The notes under the pieces are model-generated. The model did no database searches and was not told the DNA's origin. It was given only the letters and a program-made list of their open reading frames with translations. The position numbers and the translations under genes were made by a program. From a virus: a stretch of 64,000 nucleotides of DNA. Below, in pieces: positions 10,360 to 20,307 of the stretch. Location: the IMG/VR virus record IMGVR_UViG_3300021961_000063, positions 11,207-75,206 of that record; one strand, 5' to 3'. Positions within the stretch are counted from its first letter, which is position 1, and every line of letters starts with the position of its first letter.

Positions 10360-11442
10360 ATGGCTAGAACTAAGAAAAGCGAATCGCTAACGGCTGCCGT
10401 CTCCGCTGAGATTAAAGCCAATTTCAACCTTGATAAATTCAAGGAGAAAAAAATGCTTAACAGCAATGTTAAGTTTAAAGAACAAAAGTGGATTCCCCTT
10501 AGTCCTGCATTTCAAGAAGTAACAAGTGTGCCTGGCATTCCTGCTGGGCACATTGTTCTACTTCGTGGACATAGTGATACAGGCAAAACTACTGCTTTAA
10601 TTGAAGCAGCAGTTAGTGCTCAAAAAGCAGGTGTATTACCTGTATTCATTGTTACTGAAATGAAATGGAACTGGGAACACGCTGTACAGATGGGATTGCA
10701 AGTTGAAACTGAAGTAGACGAAGAAACAGGTGAGGTAACTAACTTTAAAGGTTTCTTTTTGTATGCTGACAGAGAAAGTTTGCACACTATTGAAGATGTA
10801 TCAGCATTTATTTTAGATTTGTTAGATGAACAGAAAAAAGGTAATTTGCCTTACGATTTGTGTTTCTTCTGGGACTCAATTGGTTCAATTCCTTGTGAAA
10901 TGTCTGTTAAATCAAACAAAAATAACAACGAATGGAATGCTGGGGCAATGTCAACTCAATTTGGAAATAACGTAAACCAAAAAATCACACTTTCCAGGAA
11001 GGAATCTTCACCTTACACAAATACTCTGGTTTGCGTTAACAAAGTATGGACAGCAAAAGCAGAAGTACCTATGGGTCAACCTAAGTTGATGAACAAAGGT
11101 GGTTTTGCTATGTGGTTTGATGCTACGTTTGTAATTACTTTTGGTAATATTTCAAATGCTGGTACCTCTAAAATTAAAGCGATTAAAGATGGTAAGCAAG
11201 TTGAATTTGCTAAACGTACTAACATCCAAATTGATAAAAACCACATCAATGGTATTACTACTCGTGGTAAAATCATTATGACTCCTCATGGCTTTATTAA
11301 TGATACCGATAAGGAAATCAAAGGCTATAAGGATGATCATGCTAGTGAATGGAGTAAAATTCTTGGTGGAATGGATTTTGATATCTTTGAAGAAGATGAA
11401 CAATTCGAAACCATGAATATTTTTGAACAAGAGCCAGATTAA
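10360..11442 (+). CDS. uvsX: RecA/UvsX-like recombinase
   Basis: Walker A GHSDTGKT, FFWDSIGS, KGG..MWF, KNHI. Confidence 0.85.
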   Translation: MARTKKSESLTAAVSAEIKANFNLDKFKEKKMLNSNVKFKEQKWIPLSPAFQEVTSVPGIPAGHIVLLRGHSDTGKTTALIEAAVSAQKAGVLPVFIVTEMKWNWEHAVQMGLQVETEVDEETGEVTNFKGFFLYADRESLHTIEDVSAFILDLLDEQKKGNLPYDLCFFWDSIGSIPCEMSVKSNKNNNEWNAGAMSTQFGNNVNQKITLSRKESSPYTNTLVCVNKVWTAKAEVPMGQPKLMNKGGFAMWFDATFVITFGNISNAGTSKIKAIKDGKQVEFAKRTNIQIDKNHINGITTRGKIIMTPHGFINDTDKEIKGYKDDHASEWSKILGGMDFDIFEEDEQFETMNIFEQEPD

Positions 11443-11479
11443 TTAGGCTATTGTCAAAAAATTTATTACATTTACGACC

Positions 11480-12517
11480 ATGAAAAAGAGTGAATTACTA
11501 AACCTCCTAGACCAAATGGATAAGCAGGAAGATGCCCCTGCTAACCCCCATGAAAGAGTATTACTAATCGATGGGTTAAATTTGTTCTTTAGGAACTTTG
11601 CGATGATGAACTTTGTGAACGAAACTGGTGTTCACATTGGTGGTCTAGGAGGTTTTATTCGCTCACTAAATTCCCTTATTAATCAAATTCAACCAACCTC
11701 CGTTTATGTTGTGTTTGATGGAGTAGGATCTTCAACAAACCGTAAAAATATGCTTCCAGAATACAAATCAGGTCGTAACTTGGTTCGTATTACTAACTGG
11801 GACGTGTTTGAAAGTTTAGAAGATGAACATGATGCTAAAGTAGATCAAATTGTTCGTTTGATTCATTATTTAAAGTGTTTACCTGTTAAAACTCTAAGCT
11901 TAGATAAGGTAGAGGCCGATGATATTATCGCATATTTAAGTGATATATTACCTAATAAACACAATTCCCAAGTATTCATCGTCTCCAATGACAAAGACTT
12001 TGTCCAATTAGTAAACGATAAAGTTATACTCTATCGTCCCGCTGAAAAAGAATTTTACACACCTCAAACTGTAAAAAATAATTTTGGAATATTAGCTGAA
12101 AACTTTATCATTTATAAAACACTTTTAGGAGACCAATCAGATAAAGTAGCTGGAGTAAAAGGTTTAGGTGAAAAAGGTGTTTTGAAAAAATTTCCTGAAT
12201 TAGCAGAACGACACATTAGTTTTCAAGAATTAATAGAAATTTGTGCTTCTAAACATAAAGAACACGTTGTGTATTCAAGAGTAGTATTTGATATGGAGCG
12301 ACTTGAAAACAATTTCCGAATTATGGATTTAGAAAATCCTTTGATTGATGATAATGATAGAGAGTATATGAATTCTTCTGTAGAAGAACCCACTCCAGCT
12401 TTGAATGTTGAAGCCTTTTTACGACTTTACAATGAGGATGGATTAGGTAAACTAATCAAAAATCCAGAATTTATATTGAACGACACTTACAAAATATTAA
12501 ACAGTTTTAGAAAATAA
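11480..12517 (+). CDS. 5'-3' exonuclease / T4 RNase H-like flap nuclease
   Basis: LIDGLN, VVFDG, EYKSGR, EADDIIA, SNDKDF, GDQSDKVAGVKGLG. Confidence 0.92.
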   Translation: MKKSELLNLLDQMDKQEDAPANPHERVLLIDGLNLFFRNFAMMNFVNETGVHIGGLGGFIRSLNSLINQIQPTSVYVVFDGVGSSTNRKNMLPEYKSGRNLVRITNWDVFESLEDEHDAKVDQIVRLIHYLKCLPVKTLSLDKVEADDIIAYLSDILPNKHNSQVFIVSNDKDFVQLVNDKVILYRPAEKEFYTPQTVKNNFGILAENFIIYKTLLGDQSDKVAGVKGLGEKGVLKKFPELAERHISFQELIEICASKHKEHVVYSRVVFDMERLENNFRIMDLENPLIDDNDREYMNSSVEEPTPALNVEAFLRLYNEDGLGKLIKNPEFILNDTYKILNSFRK

Positions 12518-12522
12518 GTTAT

Positions 12523-13884
12523 ATGACATTAAATAATCTAAGTGCTTATGGAACCGGATTCCAAATCAAAGTACTATCATCCTTGCTAACACACAAGGAA
12601 TTTCTCTTGAATATTCAAGATGTGTTAAGTGAGGAATATTTTGATAACAGTGCACACCGCTGGATCATTAAACAAATCCTAGAATATTTCCAAAAATACC
12701 ATACCTGTCCTTCAATGGATGTTTTAAAGGTAGAATTGAAAAAAATTGATAACGAAGTACTTCAAGTATCAATCAAAGAACAACTTCGTGAAGCTTATAA
12801 AGCATCAGATGAAGATCTTAAGTATGTAGAGGAAGAATTTTCTAATTTTTGTAAAAACCAACAGCTTAAAAAGGCGTTGTTAACAAGCGTAGATTTCCTA
12901 AATGCGGGAGACTATGATTCAATCAGAACAATGATTGATAACGCATTAAAAGCGGGTCAAGACAAAAACATGGGCCACGAGTACAATAAAGATGTTGAAT
13001 CTCGTTATCGTGAAGACCAAAGAAAAACAATCCCAACTCCTTGGGATCCCTTTAATGAACTACTGATGGGTGGTTTAGGTGGAGGAGACTTTGGTTTGAT
13101 TTTTGGTAATCCTGGTGGTGGTAAATCTTGGAGTTTAGTAGCACTAGGTGGTTATGCTGTAAAATTAGGTTATAATGTTCTCCATTATACTCTAGAATTA
13201 GGAGCTGATTATGTAGGTCGTCGTTATGATGCTTTTTTTACCAACATTTCTGTACAAACAATAAACAATTATAGAGACAAAATCGAATCAGCTGTATCAC
13301 AACTTCAGGGACAACTGATTATTAAAGAATACGCAACTGGCAAAGCTTCCATTGGAACTATCGAGACTCATATTAAAAAATGTATTGATTTAGATTTCAA
13401 ACCAGACCTAGTAATTATCGACTATGTTGATCTTCTTCGTTCAAAAAAGAAGTCTATTGACCGTAAGGGAGAAATTGATGATATTTATATTAGTACGAAG
13501 GGGCTTGCTAGAGAATTAAACCTTCCTATTTGGAGCGTTTCTCAAGTAAACCGAGCTGGTGCGAAAGATGATATTATTGAAGGTGATAAAGCTGCTGGTA
13601 GCTATGATAAAATGATGGTTACCGATGTTGCTATATCCCTTTCTCGTAAACGTCAAGACAAAGTAAATGGGACAGGAAGATTTCACATTATGAAAAATCG
13701 CTACGGTATGGACGGCCTAACGTTCTCAGTGAAAGCAGATACTTCCACAGGACATTTTGAAGTATCAACCCATATTGAAGACGAAGATGATGATATCATG
13801 ACCCCAGCACCAAAAATGAATGGTATCGATTCAATAGACAAAGCCCTTATCAAACAAAGATTTTTCGAATTACACACAGACTAA
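12523..13884 (+). CDS. Replicative DNA helicase (DnaB/gp41-like)
   Basis: GNPGGGKS, YTLEL, IIDYVDL, SQVNR, KNRYG. Confidence 0.92.
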   Translation: MTLNNLSAYGTGFQIKVLSSLLTHKEFLLNIQDVLSEEYFDNSAHRWIIKQILEYFQKYHTCPSMDVLKVELKKIDNEVLQVSIKEQLREAYKASDEDLKYVEEEFSNFCKNQQLKKALLTSVDFLNAGDYDSIRTMIDNALKAGQDKNMGHEYNKDVESRYREDQRKTIPTPWDPFNELLMGGLGGGDFGLIFGNPGGGKSWSLVALGGYAVKLGYNVLHYTLELGADYVGRRYDAFFTNISVQTINNYRDKIESAVSQLQGQLIIKEYATGKASIGTIETHIKKCIDLDFKPDLVIIDYVDLLRSKKKSIDRKGEIDDIYISTKGLARELNLPIWSVSQVNRAGAKDDIIEGDKAAGSYDKMMVTDVAISLSRKRQDKVNGTGRFHIMKNRYGMDGLTFSVKADTSTGHFEVSTHIEDEDDDIMTPAPKMNGIDSIDKALIKQRFFELHTD

Positions 13885-13899
13885 ATTATTAAAAAAACA

Positions 13900-15756
13900 A
13901 TGTTAACAACAGAATCACAAATTTTGTCGGAAATTACTACCCATCTTAAGTATGCCAAGTACGTACCTGAAAAAAACAGACGTGAAACTTGGGATGAGTT
14001 GGTTACCCGAAACAAAGAAATGCACCTAGAAAAATTTCCTCAATTGGCAGAGGAAATCGAAGCAGCCTACAAGTATGTTTATGACAAAAAGGTATTACCC
14101 TCAATGCGTTCAATGCAATTTGCTGGTAAACCCATTGGAATAAACAATGCTCGTATTTTTAACTGCTCTTATTTACCAATCGATGATTACAGAGCTTTTT
14201 CTGAAATCATGTTCTTATTACTTTCAGGATGTGGAGTAGGGTATTCCGTTCAAACCCACCACGTAGAAAAATTACCTGAAGTAAGAAAACCACTTAAGTG
14301 GAAACGTTATTTAGTAGGTGATTCTATTGAAGGTTGGGCTGATGCTGTTCGTATGTTGACTAAAGCTTATTTTGGTTATACGTCTACTGGTCCGTTGTTT
14401 GATTTTAGAGATATTCGTCCTAAAGGTGCTTCTTTGATTACTGTTGGTGGTAAAGCACCTGGTCCTGAACCTTTGAAAATTGCTTTAGTACACGTACAAG
14501 CTATTTTAGATCGTAAAAAAGATGGTGAAAGATTAACAACTTTAGAAGCCCACGACATTATTTGTCATTTGGCTGATGCTGTATTATCTGGTGGTATTCG
14601 TAGAGCAGCCCTTATTGCTTTGTTTAATTTAGACGACCAAGATATGTTGACTTGTAAATTTGGCAACTGGTGGGAAAATAACCCACAACGTGGCCGCTCA
14701 AACAACTCAGCTGTATTGTTACGTAGTAAAATTGACAAAGATACATTTTTGGACTTGTGGAAGAAAATTGAAGCATCTAATAGTGGAGAACCTGGTTTCT
14801 TATTTACAAATGATAAAGATGCAGGTACTAACCCTTGTGCTGAAATCAATTTGAAGCCAAACCAATTCTGTAACTTGTGTGAAATCAATGCTTCGGATTT
14901 GACTACACAAGAAGAATACAATGCACGAGCTAAAGCAGCTGCCTTTATTGGTACATTACAAGCCTCTTATACTGATTTCCATTACTTGAGAGATATTTGG
15001 AGAAAAACAACTGAAAAAGAAGCATTGTTAGGTATTGGTATGACAGGTATTGCTTCAGGAGCTGTATTTAATTTGAATATGAAAGAAGCAGCTAAAGTGG
15101 CTGTTGAAGAAAATGCTAGAATGGCTGAAGTTTTAGGTATTAATAAAGCAGCACGTGTTACTACAGTTAAACCTTCAGGTACTACATCTTTAGTATTAGG
15201 CACAAGTTCAGGTATTCACGCTTGGCATGATGATTATTATATGCGTCGAATCCGTTTAGGTAAAAATGAGGCATTGTATCAATATCTTGCTATTTATCAT
15301 CCTGAAATGTTGGAAGATGATTTCTTTAAACCTGAAATCCAAGCAGTAGTATCTGTACCACAACGTGCTCCCGAAAATGCTATCACACGTAGTGAGTCAG
15401 CTATGGATTTGTTAGAGCGTATTAAAACAATTAACAAAAATTGGATTAAACCCGGTCACAGAAAAGGGGCCAACATGCATAACGTATCCGCTACAGTTAC
15501 TATTAAACAAGATGAATGGGATACTGTAGGTGAGTGGTTGTATGAAAACAAAGAATATTTTACAGCTTTGTCTTTCTTACCTGAGGATTTGGGTACATAC
15601 AAACAAGCTCCTTTTGAAACCATTACTAAAGAAGAATTTGATTCTGCTGTTGAATCATTACACGCTGTAGATTTATCAAAAGTCATTGAGATGGCTGATA
15701 ATACTGCGTTAATGGACCAAGCCGCCTGTGCTGGTGGAGCTTGTGAAGTTGTCTAA
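13900..15756 (+). CDS. nrdJ: Class II (B12-dependent) ribonucleotide reductase
   Basis: FNCS, GCGVG, GGIRRAA, TNPCAEI, VKPSGT, C-terminal CAGGACE; no beta subunit nearby. Confidence 0.9.
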   Translation: MLTTESQILSEITTHLKYAKYVPEKNRRETWDELVTRNKEMHLEKFPQLAEEIEAAYKYVYDKKVLPSMRSMQFAGKPIGINNARIFNCSYLPIDDYRAFSEIMFLLLSGCGVGYSVQTHHVEKLPEVRKPLKWKRYLVGDSIEGWADAVRMLTKAYFGYTSTGPLFDFRDIRPKGASLITVGGKAPGPEPLKIALVHVQAILDRKKDGERLTTLEAHDIICHLADAVLSGGIRRAALIALFNLDDQDMLTCKFGNWWENNPQRGRSNNSAVLLRSKIDKDTFLDLWKKIEASNSGEPGFLFTNDKDAGTNPCAEINLKPNQFCNLCEINASDLTTQEEYNARAKAAAFIGTLQASYTDFHYLRDIWRKTTEKEALLGIGMTGIASGAVFNLNMKEAAKVAVEENARMAEVLGINKAARVTTVKPSGTTSLVLGTSSGIHAWHDDYYMRRIRLGKNEALYQYLAIYHPEMLEDDFFKPEIQAVVSVPQRAPENAITRSESAMDLLERIKTINKNWIKPGHRKGANMHNVSATVTIKQDEWDTVGEWLYENKEYFTALSFLPEDLGTYKQAPFETITKEEFDSAVESLHAVDLSKVIEMADNTALMDQAACAGGACEVV

Positions 15757-15768
15757 TATTTATCAGAT

Positions 15769-17163
15769 ATGTGGAACAGTATAAAAGAAAGGTTATTTCC
15801 TTTATTAATTGCACTTTCCGCACTATCTGTAAGCGCATCTGCTGCTTTTTATAGTGTAACTGGTCTTAGCAAATTATTTGCTGGGGCCAGTTTAGCTGTA
15901 ATTATTATGGCTGCTTCTTTAGAAATAGCTAAATTAGTAATGGCCTCTTTACTTTATCAGTATAGAAAAGCTTTACCAAAACTCCTTAAAACTTATTTAA
16001 CCATTGCTGTAGGTATTCTTATTTTGATAACTTCTGCTGGTATTTATGGTTTTCTATCGGATGCTTACCAAACTACAGCTAGTAAAGAAAGTATAGTAGA
16101 AAATCAAATTAATCTATTAGAAACTAAAAAGACATCCTTTGAAAAAATCAAAGGTCAATACGAGATAGAAAAAACATCATTAACACAAAACATAACAACA
16201 CTACGAAATGCCCTGGGAAACAATATTCAGTCTTATGTGGATAATAATGGCAATGTCATTAGTTATTCTTCCGGATCAAACCGAAAAGCTTTTGAAAAAC
16301 AGCTGGAGGTGGCTATCCAAAAAGACGAACAACTTACTACAAAAATACAAACGTACAACGACTCGATAATCAGTTTAGAAACTCGAATTGTTGAAACACA
16401 ATCAAATTCAGCTTCAACTTCTGAATTAGGACCTTTAAAGTATTTATCTAATCTAACCGGAGTTGGAATGGATAAAATTATTAATGTATTGTTATTAATA
16501 ATTATTTTTGTATTTGACCCATTAGCTATTGCTTTAGTAATTGCTGCAAACTTTGCTTTTGAAAAACTAAAGAAAAAAGATGATGTCTTATATCCAGACC
16601 CTCAGGTTGAACCTGAGAGTTCAGATATAGAATATAATTTACCTGAAGAAGTAATAGAGGAAATTTTAAATGGGGAAGAATTTATAGTAGAGGATTTTGA
16701 AAATGATGAGGAATTAGAAGAAGCTAGCTTAGTAGATTTACAATATCTTGAAAAAGAATTACCTTGGGAAGAATTACCTGTTGAAGAACCTACTAGTATT
16801 TTAGAAACTAAGATAGATTCCCTACAAGAAAAATTAGATTCCCTATACCATTCAGTATCTCAAGTAATACAATTACCTCAAGAATCAGAACCCGAACCCG
16901 AACTAGAAGTTGAAGATCTACAATTAAAAATTGATTTTGACGAAGTTCAAACTCCAAACATATATGGAGAAGTAATTCCTGATGATAATTCTTTAGAAGA
17001 AAAAATAAAACAAATTAATAATTCTATTGAAAATATAAGAAATATACAAAGTAGTCCTTTAGATGTTTATCGTAAAACACGTCAAGTAATGGATGAAGTA
17101 AATAAAATCGAAAATATTTCTTTACAATCACCTAAAAATAACGATACTATAACTATATTCTAA
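15769..17163 (+). CDS. Membrane protein with coiled coil and acidic C-terminal region
   Basis: About 3 N-terminal TM helices, coiled coil, ELGPLKY, IFVFDPLAIAL TM segment, Glu-rich tail. Confidence 0.7.
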   Translation: MWNSIKERLFPLLIALSALSVSASAAFYSVTGLSKLFAGASLAVIIMAASLEIAKLVMASLLYQYRKALPKLLKTYLTIAVGILILITSAGIYGFLSDAYQTTASKESIVENQINLLETKKTSFEKIKGQYEIEKTSLTQNITTLRNALGNNIQSYVDNNGNVISYSSGSNRKAFEKQLEVAIQKDEQLTTKIQTYNDSIISLETRIVETQSNSASTSELGPLKYLSNLTGVGMDKIINVLLLIIIFVFDPLAIALVIAANFAFEKLKKKDDVLYPDPQVEPESSDIEYNLPEEVIEEILNGEEFIVEDFENDEELEEASLVDLQYLEKELPWEELPVEEPTSILETKIDSLQEKLDSLYHSVSQVIQLPQESEPEPELEVEDLQLKIDFDEVQTPNIYGEVIPDDNSLEEKIKQINNSIENIRNIQSSPLDVYRKTRQVMDEVNKIENISLQSPKNNDTITIF

Positions 17164-17167
17164 TCTT

Positions 17168-17186
17168 ATTTAGAATCATTCTAAAT
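17168..17186. promoter_or_regulatory. Perfect 9-1-9 palindrome ATTTAGAATcATTCTAAAT (Fur-box-like operator)
   Basis: Perfect inverted repeat 10 nt upstream of a promoter TTTGG element; second copy at 52314. Confidence 0.55.
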
Positions 17187-17196
17187 GAAAAAAGAA

Positions 17197-17247
17197 TTTG
17201 GCTCCCCGGATTCTCGTTCGTATATTTATATCATAATAAAGGTTATG
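17197..17247 (+). promoter_or_regulatory. Early-type promoter TTTGG-N19-TATATT plus leader TAATAAAGGTTATG
   Basis: One of about 15 copies with identical 19-nt spacing. Confidence 0.8.
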
Positions 17248-18054
17248 AATAATATTAAAGTTGTAAAAAGAGGTCGTCCAAGCAAGTCAGTTAAAAATGT
17301 AACTTACACTCCATCACTTATTGATTTTTCAAAAGTAACTAAGTTGGACAATTTGGACATCGATCCTAAAATGATGGCCACTATGAAAACCGGATTGGCT
17401 ATTGATACTTTGGTTTCTCACGAAGGTGGAATTCCAGCCGCTACTAATATTATGATGATTGGTGATCCTGGTGTAGGTAAAACTACAGTATTGTTGGATA
17501 TGCTTTCAGCTGCCCAAAACAAAGGTCATAAGTGCTTGTTCATTTCTGGTGAGATGGGTAAAAAGCAAATGTTTAAATACACTCAACGTTTTCCTCAGTT
17601 TGGTAATATTGAAACTTTGTTTATGCAAGATTTCCTCGAGTTCAATACTAAAGATGTAATTGAGCAAGTTTTGGACCGTGGTTATGATTTGGTTTTGATT
17701 GATTCGGCTGCTGAAATCATTGATGGTGTACGTGATGATAATAACTGGGATCGTAAAATGGCTGAAAGCTGGTTGGTTGATATTTGTGTAAAAAACAATA
17801 AAGGTGAAAACAAATCAAATGCATTTACTTCATTCTTGTTGATTCAGCAAGTTACTAAAGCTGGCGTGTTTGCCGGTTCTAATAAATTGAAGCACTTGGT
17901 TGATGCTATGGGTGAGATGCGCCGCGAACCAGAATCACAAGGTGGTAGCACGTTCATTAATTTTACTAAAAACCGTAATGGTTTGGTTGATAACAGAATG
18001 TACTTTCAATTGTCAAATAGCGTAATTCGTTATGGAGCAGTTGTAACAGCCTAA
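17245..18054 (+). CDS. RadA/Sms-like RecA-superfamily ATPase with N-terminal AT-hook
   Basis: KRGRP; GDPGVGKT; FISGEM; LIDS; QVTKAG.FAGSNKLKHLVD; KNRNG. Confidence 0.75.
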   Translation: MNNIKVVKRGRPSKSVKNVTYTPSLIDFSKVTKLDNLDIDPKMMATMKTGLAIDTLVSHEGGIPAATNIMMIGDPGVGKTTVLLDMLSAAQNKGHKCLFISGEMGKKQMFKYTQRFPQFGNIETLFMQDFLEFNTKDVIEQVLDRGYDLVLIDSAAEIIDGVRDDNNWDRKMAESWLVDICVKNNKGENKSNAFTSFLLIQQVTKAGVFAGSNKLKHLVDAMGEMRREPESQGGSTFINFTKNRNGLVDNRMYFQLSNSVIRYGAVVTA

Positions 18055-18098
18055 GGTTGTCCAACCTTAAAATGGACTGGAGCTACGAAGGCAAAATT

Positions 18099-18125
18099 AG
18101 AGCGAAGAAATTCGCTCTTTTTTTT
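18099..18125 (+). terminator. Intrinsic terminator between convergent genes
   Basis: AGAGCGAA-gaaa-TTCGCTCT followed by T-run. Confidence 0.85.
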
Positions 18126-19197
18126 AATATCCGAATCTTACTTTTGTATTATCAAATAGTGATTGTACGTCTGCTGATGTGAAATCACCTTCATTGATAT
18201 AAAAGTCTCCAATCATACCATCAAACCCTTGAGCATTTTGAATGCCCGAATCATAGTTACCTAATAGTAAGTTACGGTTGTCTCCTGGAGTAAATGAACC
18301 ACCACCATTTGTACTACCAACCTCAGTTGTATTAAGATATAATTTAAATGTATCTGGGTCTGATGATACTTTTACTACTAATGTGGCCATATACCAAGTA
18401 CCAATACTTACAGTAGCTCCAATCCCCGCAATATTTCTATTTATAGCACTATTATCTGATGTTACTCGAGCAATAAGTTGATTTGAGGAATTAATACCAA
18501 CAAAAAATCCATCACTAGTAGTACTACCACCTAATCCTATTTGCTTACACATAAGTGTTTTTGAGAAATTAATAAACCCAACGGCATCAGCTTTAAACCA
18601 TACAGAATAGGCTTTAGTTGTTGTAGTACTTAATTGAGTATCCGAGTTATCCGCAAAACTAATTCTTGTTCCACTCCCCCCATTTAAATCAAACTCACCC
18701 CCAACAGTAGTACTAAATGTAATAGCACCTGAACCATCTTCTAACATACCATCATTAGCATATGCTGTTGTATCAAACCAACTATTACCTGTACCTGGAT
18801 AAGAGGCTAAACTTGAAGCATTTAAAGCTGCTAATAATGTCGGACCTGAATTAACCCATGATGTCCAATATCCATTAGTATTTAACCAAGTTTTAGCATC
18901 ATTCCCTGAAGCAAAAGATTGATTTCCTATAATATCCGATAGACTAATAAAAGAAGGTTCAGTTAAATCTATAGATCTAAAAAATCCTAAGTAAGCAGTA
19001 TTACCATTAGCACCTGGTTGACCACCTGGTGTTTCATGAGCAATTACATACCCTAAATCCTCATCAGGTCCCATCCACCAATCTAATCCTGTAGAATCAA
19101 ATCCTGATGTAGGATCACCTACTGCTAAATTACCTACTTGTTCAGTTCCTGGTATTGAGGCACCTGTGTTGTATGCGAAAGGTCTTGTAGTAGCCAT
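18124..19197 (-). CDS. LamG/ConA-like lectin-domain virion protein
   Basis: SYPGTGNSWFD..., YSVWFK, WYMATL, KLYLN, FDGMIG..Y, LFDNTKVRFGY; own ATATTTATA motif on the minus strand. Confidence 0.75.
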   Translation of the reverse strand: MATTRPFAYNTGASIPGTEQVGNLAVGDPTSGFDSTGLDWWMGPDEDLGYVIAHETPGGQPGANGNTAYLGFFRSIDLTEPSFISLSDIIGNQSFASGNDAKTWLNTNGYWTSWVNSGPTLLAALNASSLASYPGTGNSWFDTTAYANDGMLEDGSGAITFSTTVGGEFDLNGGSGTRISFADNSDTQLSTTTTKAYSVWFKADAVGFINFSKTLMCKQIGLGGSTTSDGFFVGINSSNQLIARVTSDNSAINRNIAGIGATVSIGTWYMATLVVKVSSDPDTFKLYLNTTEVGSTNGGGSFTPGDNRNLLLGNYDSGIQNAQGFDGMIGDFYINEGDFTSADVQSLFDNTKVRFGY

Positions 19198-19229
19198 ATC
19201 TTATAAATATTAAAAAAAAGAAAAAAAGA

Positions 19230-19287
19230 TTTGGCTTCCCGAGATCTTGTTCGTATATTCATGTCATAATAAAAAATAAAGGTTATG
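19230..19287 (+). promoter_or_regulatory. Early-type promoter cassette
   Basis: TTTGGCTTCCCGAG...CGTATATTCATGTCATAAT...AAGGTTATG. Confidence 0.8.
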
Positions 19288-19497
19288 AAGTTAATTAAAA
19301 AACAGAAATCACAAGACGACAATTTCAAAATAGGCCAAATTGTATTAGCTGGTAGAATAGTACCTGAACAAAACATTGGAATGGGAATTGAATATGTGCC
19401 TGCTAAAATTGTAAAGATAAATCGTGTTAGTTTGAATGTTGAAACTAGCAATGGAAACATCTATCAGGTTAATAAGAAAATGGTTAAATTAGGTTAA
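19285..19497 (+). CDS. Small hypothetical early protein
   Basis: First ORF after promoter, GGTTATG start. Confidence 0.65.
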   Translation: MKLIKKQKSQDDNFKIGQIVLAGRIVPEQNIGMGIEYVPAKIVKINRVSLNVETSNGNIYQVNKKMVKLG

Positions 19498-19507
19498 TAA
19501 AAAGGTT

Positions 19508-19750
19508 ATGTATAAAGCATTTGTAGGATACCAAATTGACGACAACGATAACGCAGTTTTCGATATGTCTGCCGAGTTCGAATCTAGAAGTGAGGCTGAA
19601 GATTGGGTTGAGTTCATGTTGAATATGGACGCAGAATATGATTTTGCCACTATTGAAGAAATAGAAGATAATTTTGAGGCTCAAGTAAATGAATTTGAAG
19701 CTCAAGAAGAAGCTCGACTTGAATTAGGTATTCCAAAAGGAATTTTTTAA
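19508..19750 (+). CDS. Small acidic hypothetical protein
   Basis: 80 aa, very D/E-rich, GGTTATG start. Confidence 0.65.
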   Translation: MYKAFVGYQIDDNDNAVFDMSAEFESRSEAEDWVEFMLNMDAEYDFATIEEIEDNFEAQVNEFEAQEEARLELGIPKGIF

Positions 19751-19758
19751 ATTCAAGT

Positions 19759-20271
19759 ATGTCAATTGTTGAAGAATATCGTGAGTGGGTTTCTACTTAT
19801 GATCCCACTCCCCCAAAACCAAACAAAACATACAACAAGTTTTTTTGGTGGCGCCGTTATCAAGAACACAAGTTTTTGCCCAAAATGGCCAATATATTTG
19901 ACAAGGCCAAAAATGGTGATTATGATGTTTCCCCGTATTGGAAGCAAATTCAATACGAGCATTATTTCGAAGAGCAGGAACTTACCAAATTTCATGCCAA
20001 TTATACTGGTTCATATGAAAATCGTGGTTGGGCTGAACGTGATGTGTCAAAATTGTTCTGGCAACGTAGAAAACGTTTGCTGACTGATGCCGAACGTGAT
20101 GAGCACGCTCGTTGGCAGTTGCTTGTAAAGGATCTCAAAACGTGTTTTGGTGGTAATGAAGACGATATTCGTGATATGTTCGAGTCGTTTGAAGGTACAA
20201 TGTCTGAATTTATTACCGCGTATCGTGATTCAAGAGATCTTCCAAAAATCCAACCTGTTCCTAAATTTTAA
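19759..20271 (+). CDS. Hypothetical protein
   Basis: 170 aa co-directional ORF, YNKFFWWRRY motif. Confidence 0.7.
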   Translation: MSIVEEYREWVSTYDPTPPKPNKTYNKFFWWRRYQEHKFLPKMANIFDKAKNGDYDVSPYWKQIQYEHYFEEQELTKFHANYTGSYENRGWAERDVSKLFWQRRKRLLTDAERDEHARWQLLVKDLKTCFGGNEDDIRDMFESFEGTMSEFITAYRDSRDLPKIQPVPKF

Positions 20272-20307
20272 TTTGGTAAATTTAATATTTTTTATTATAT
20301 TTGAGTT

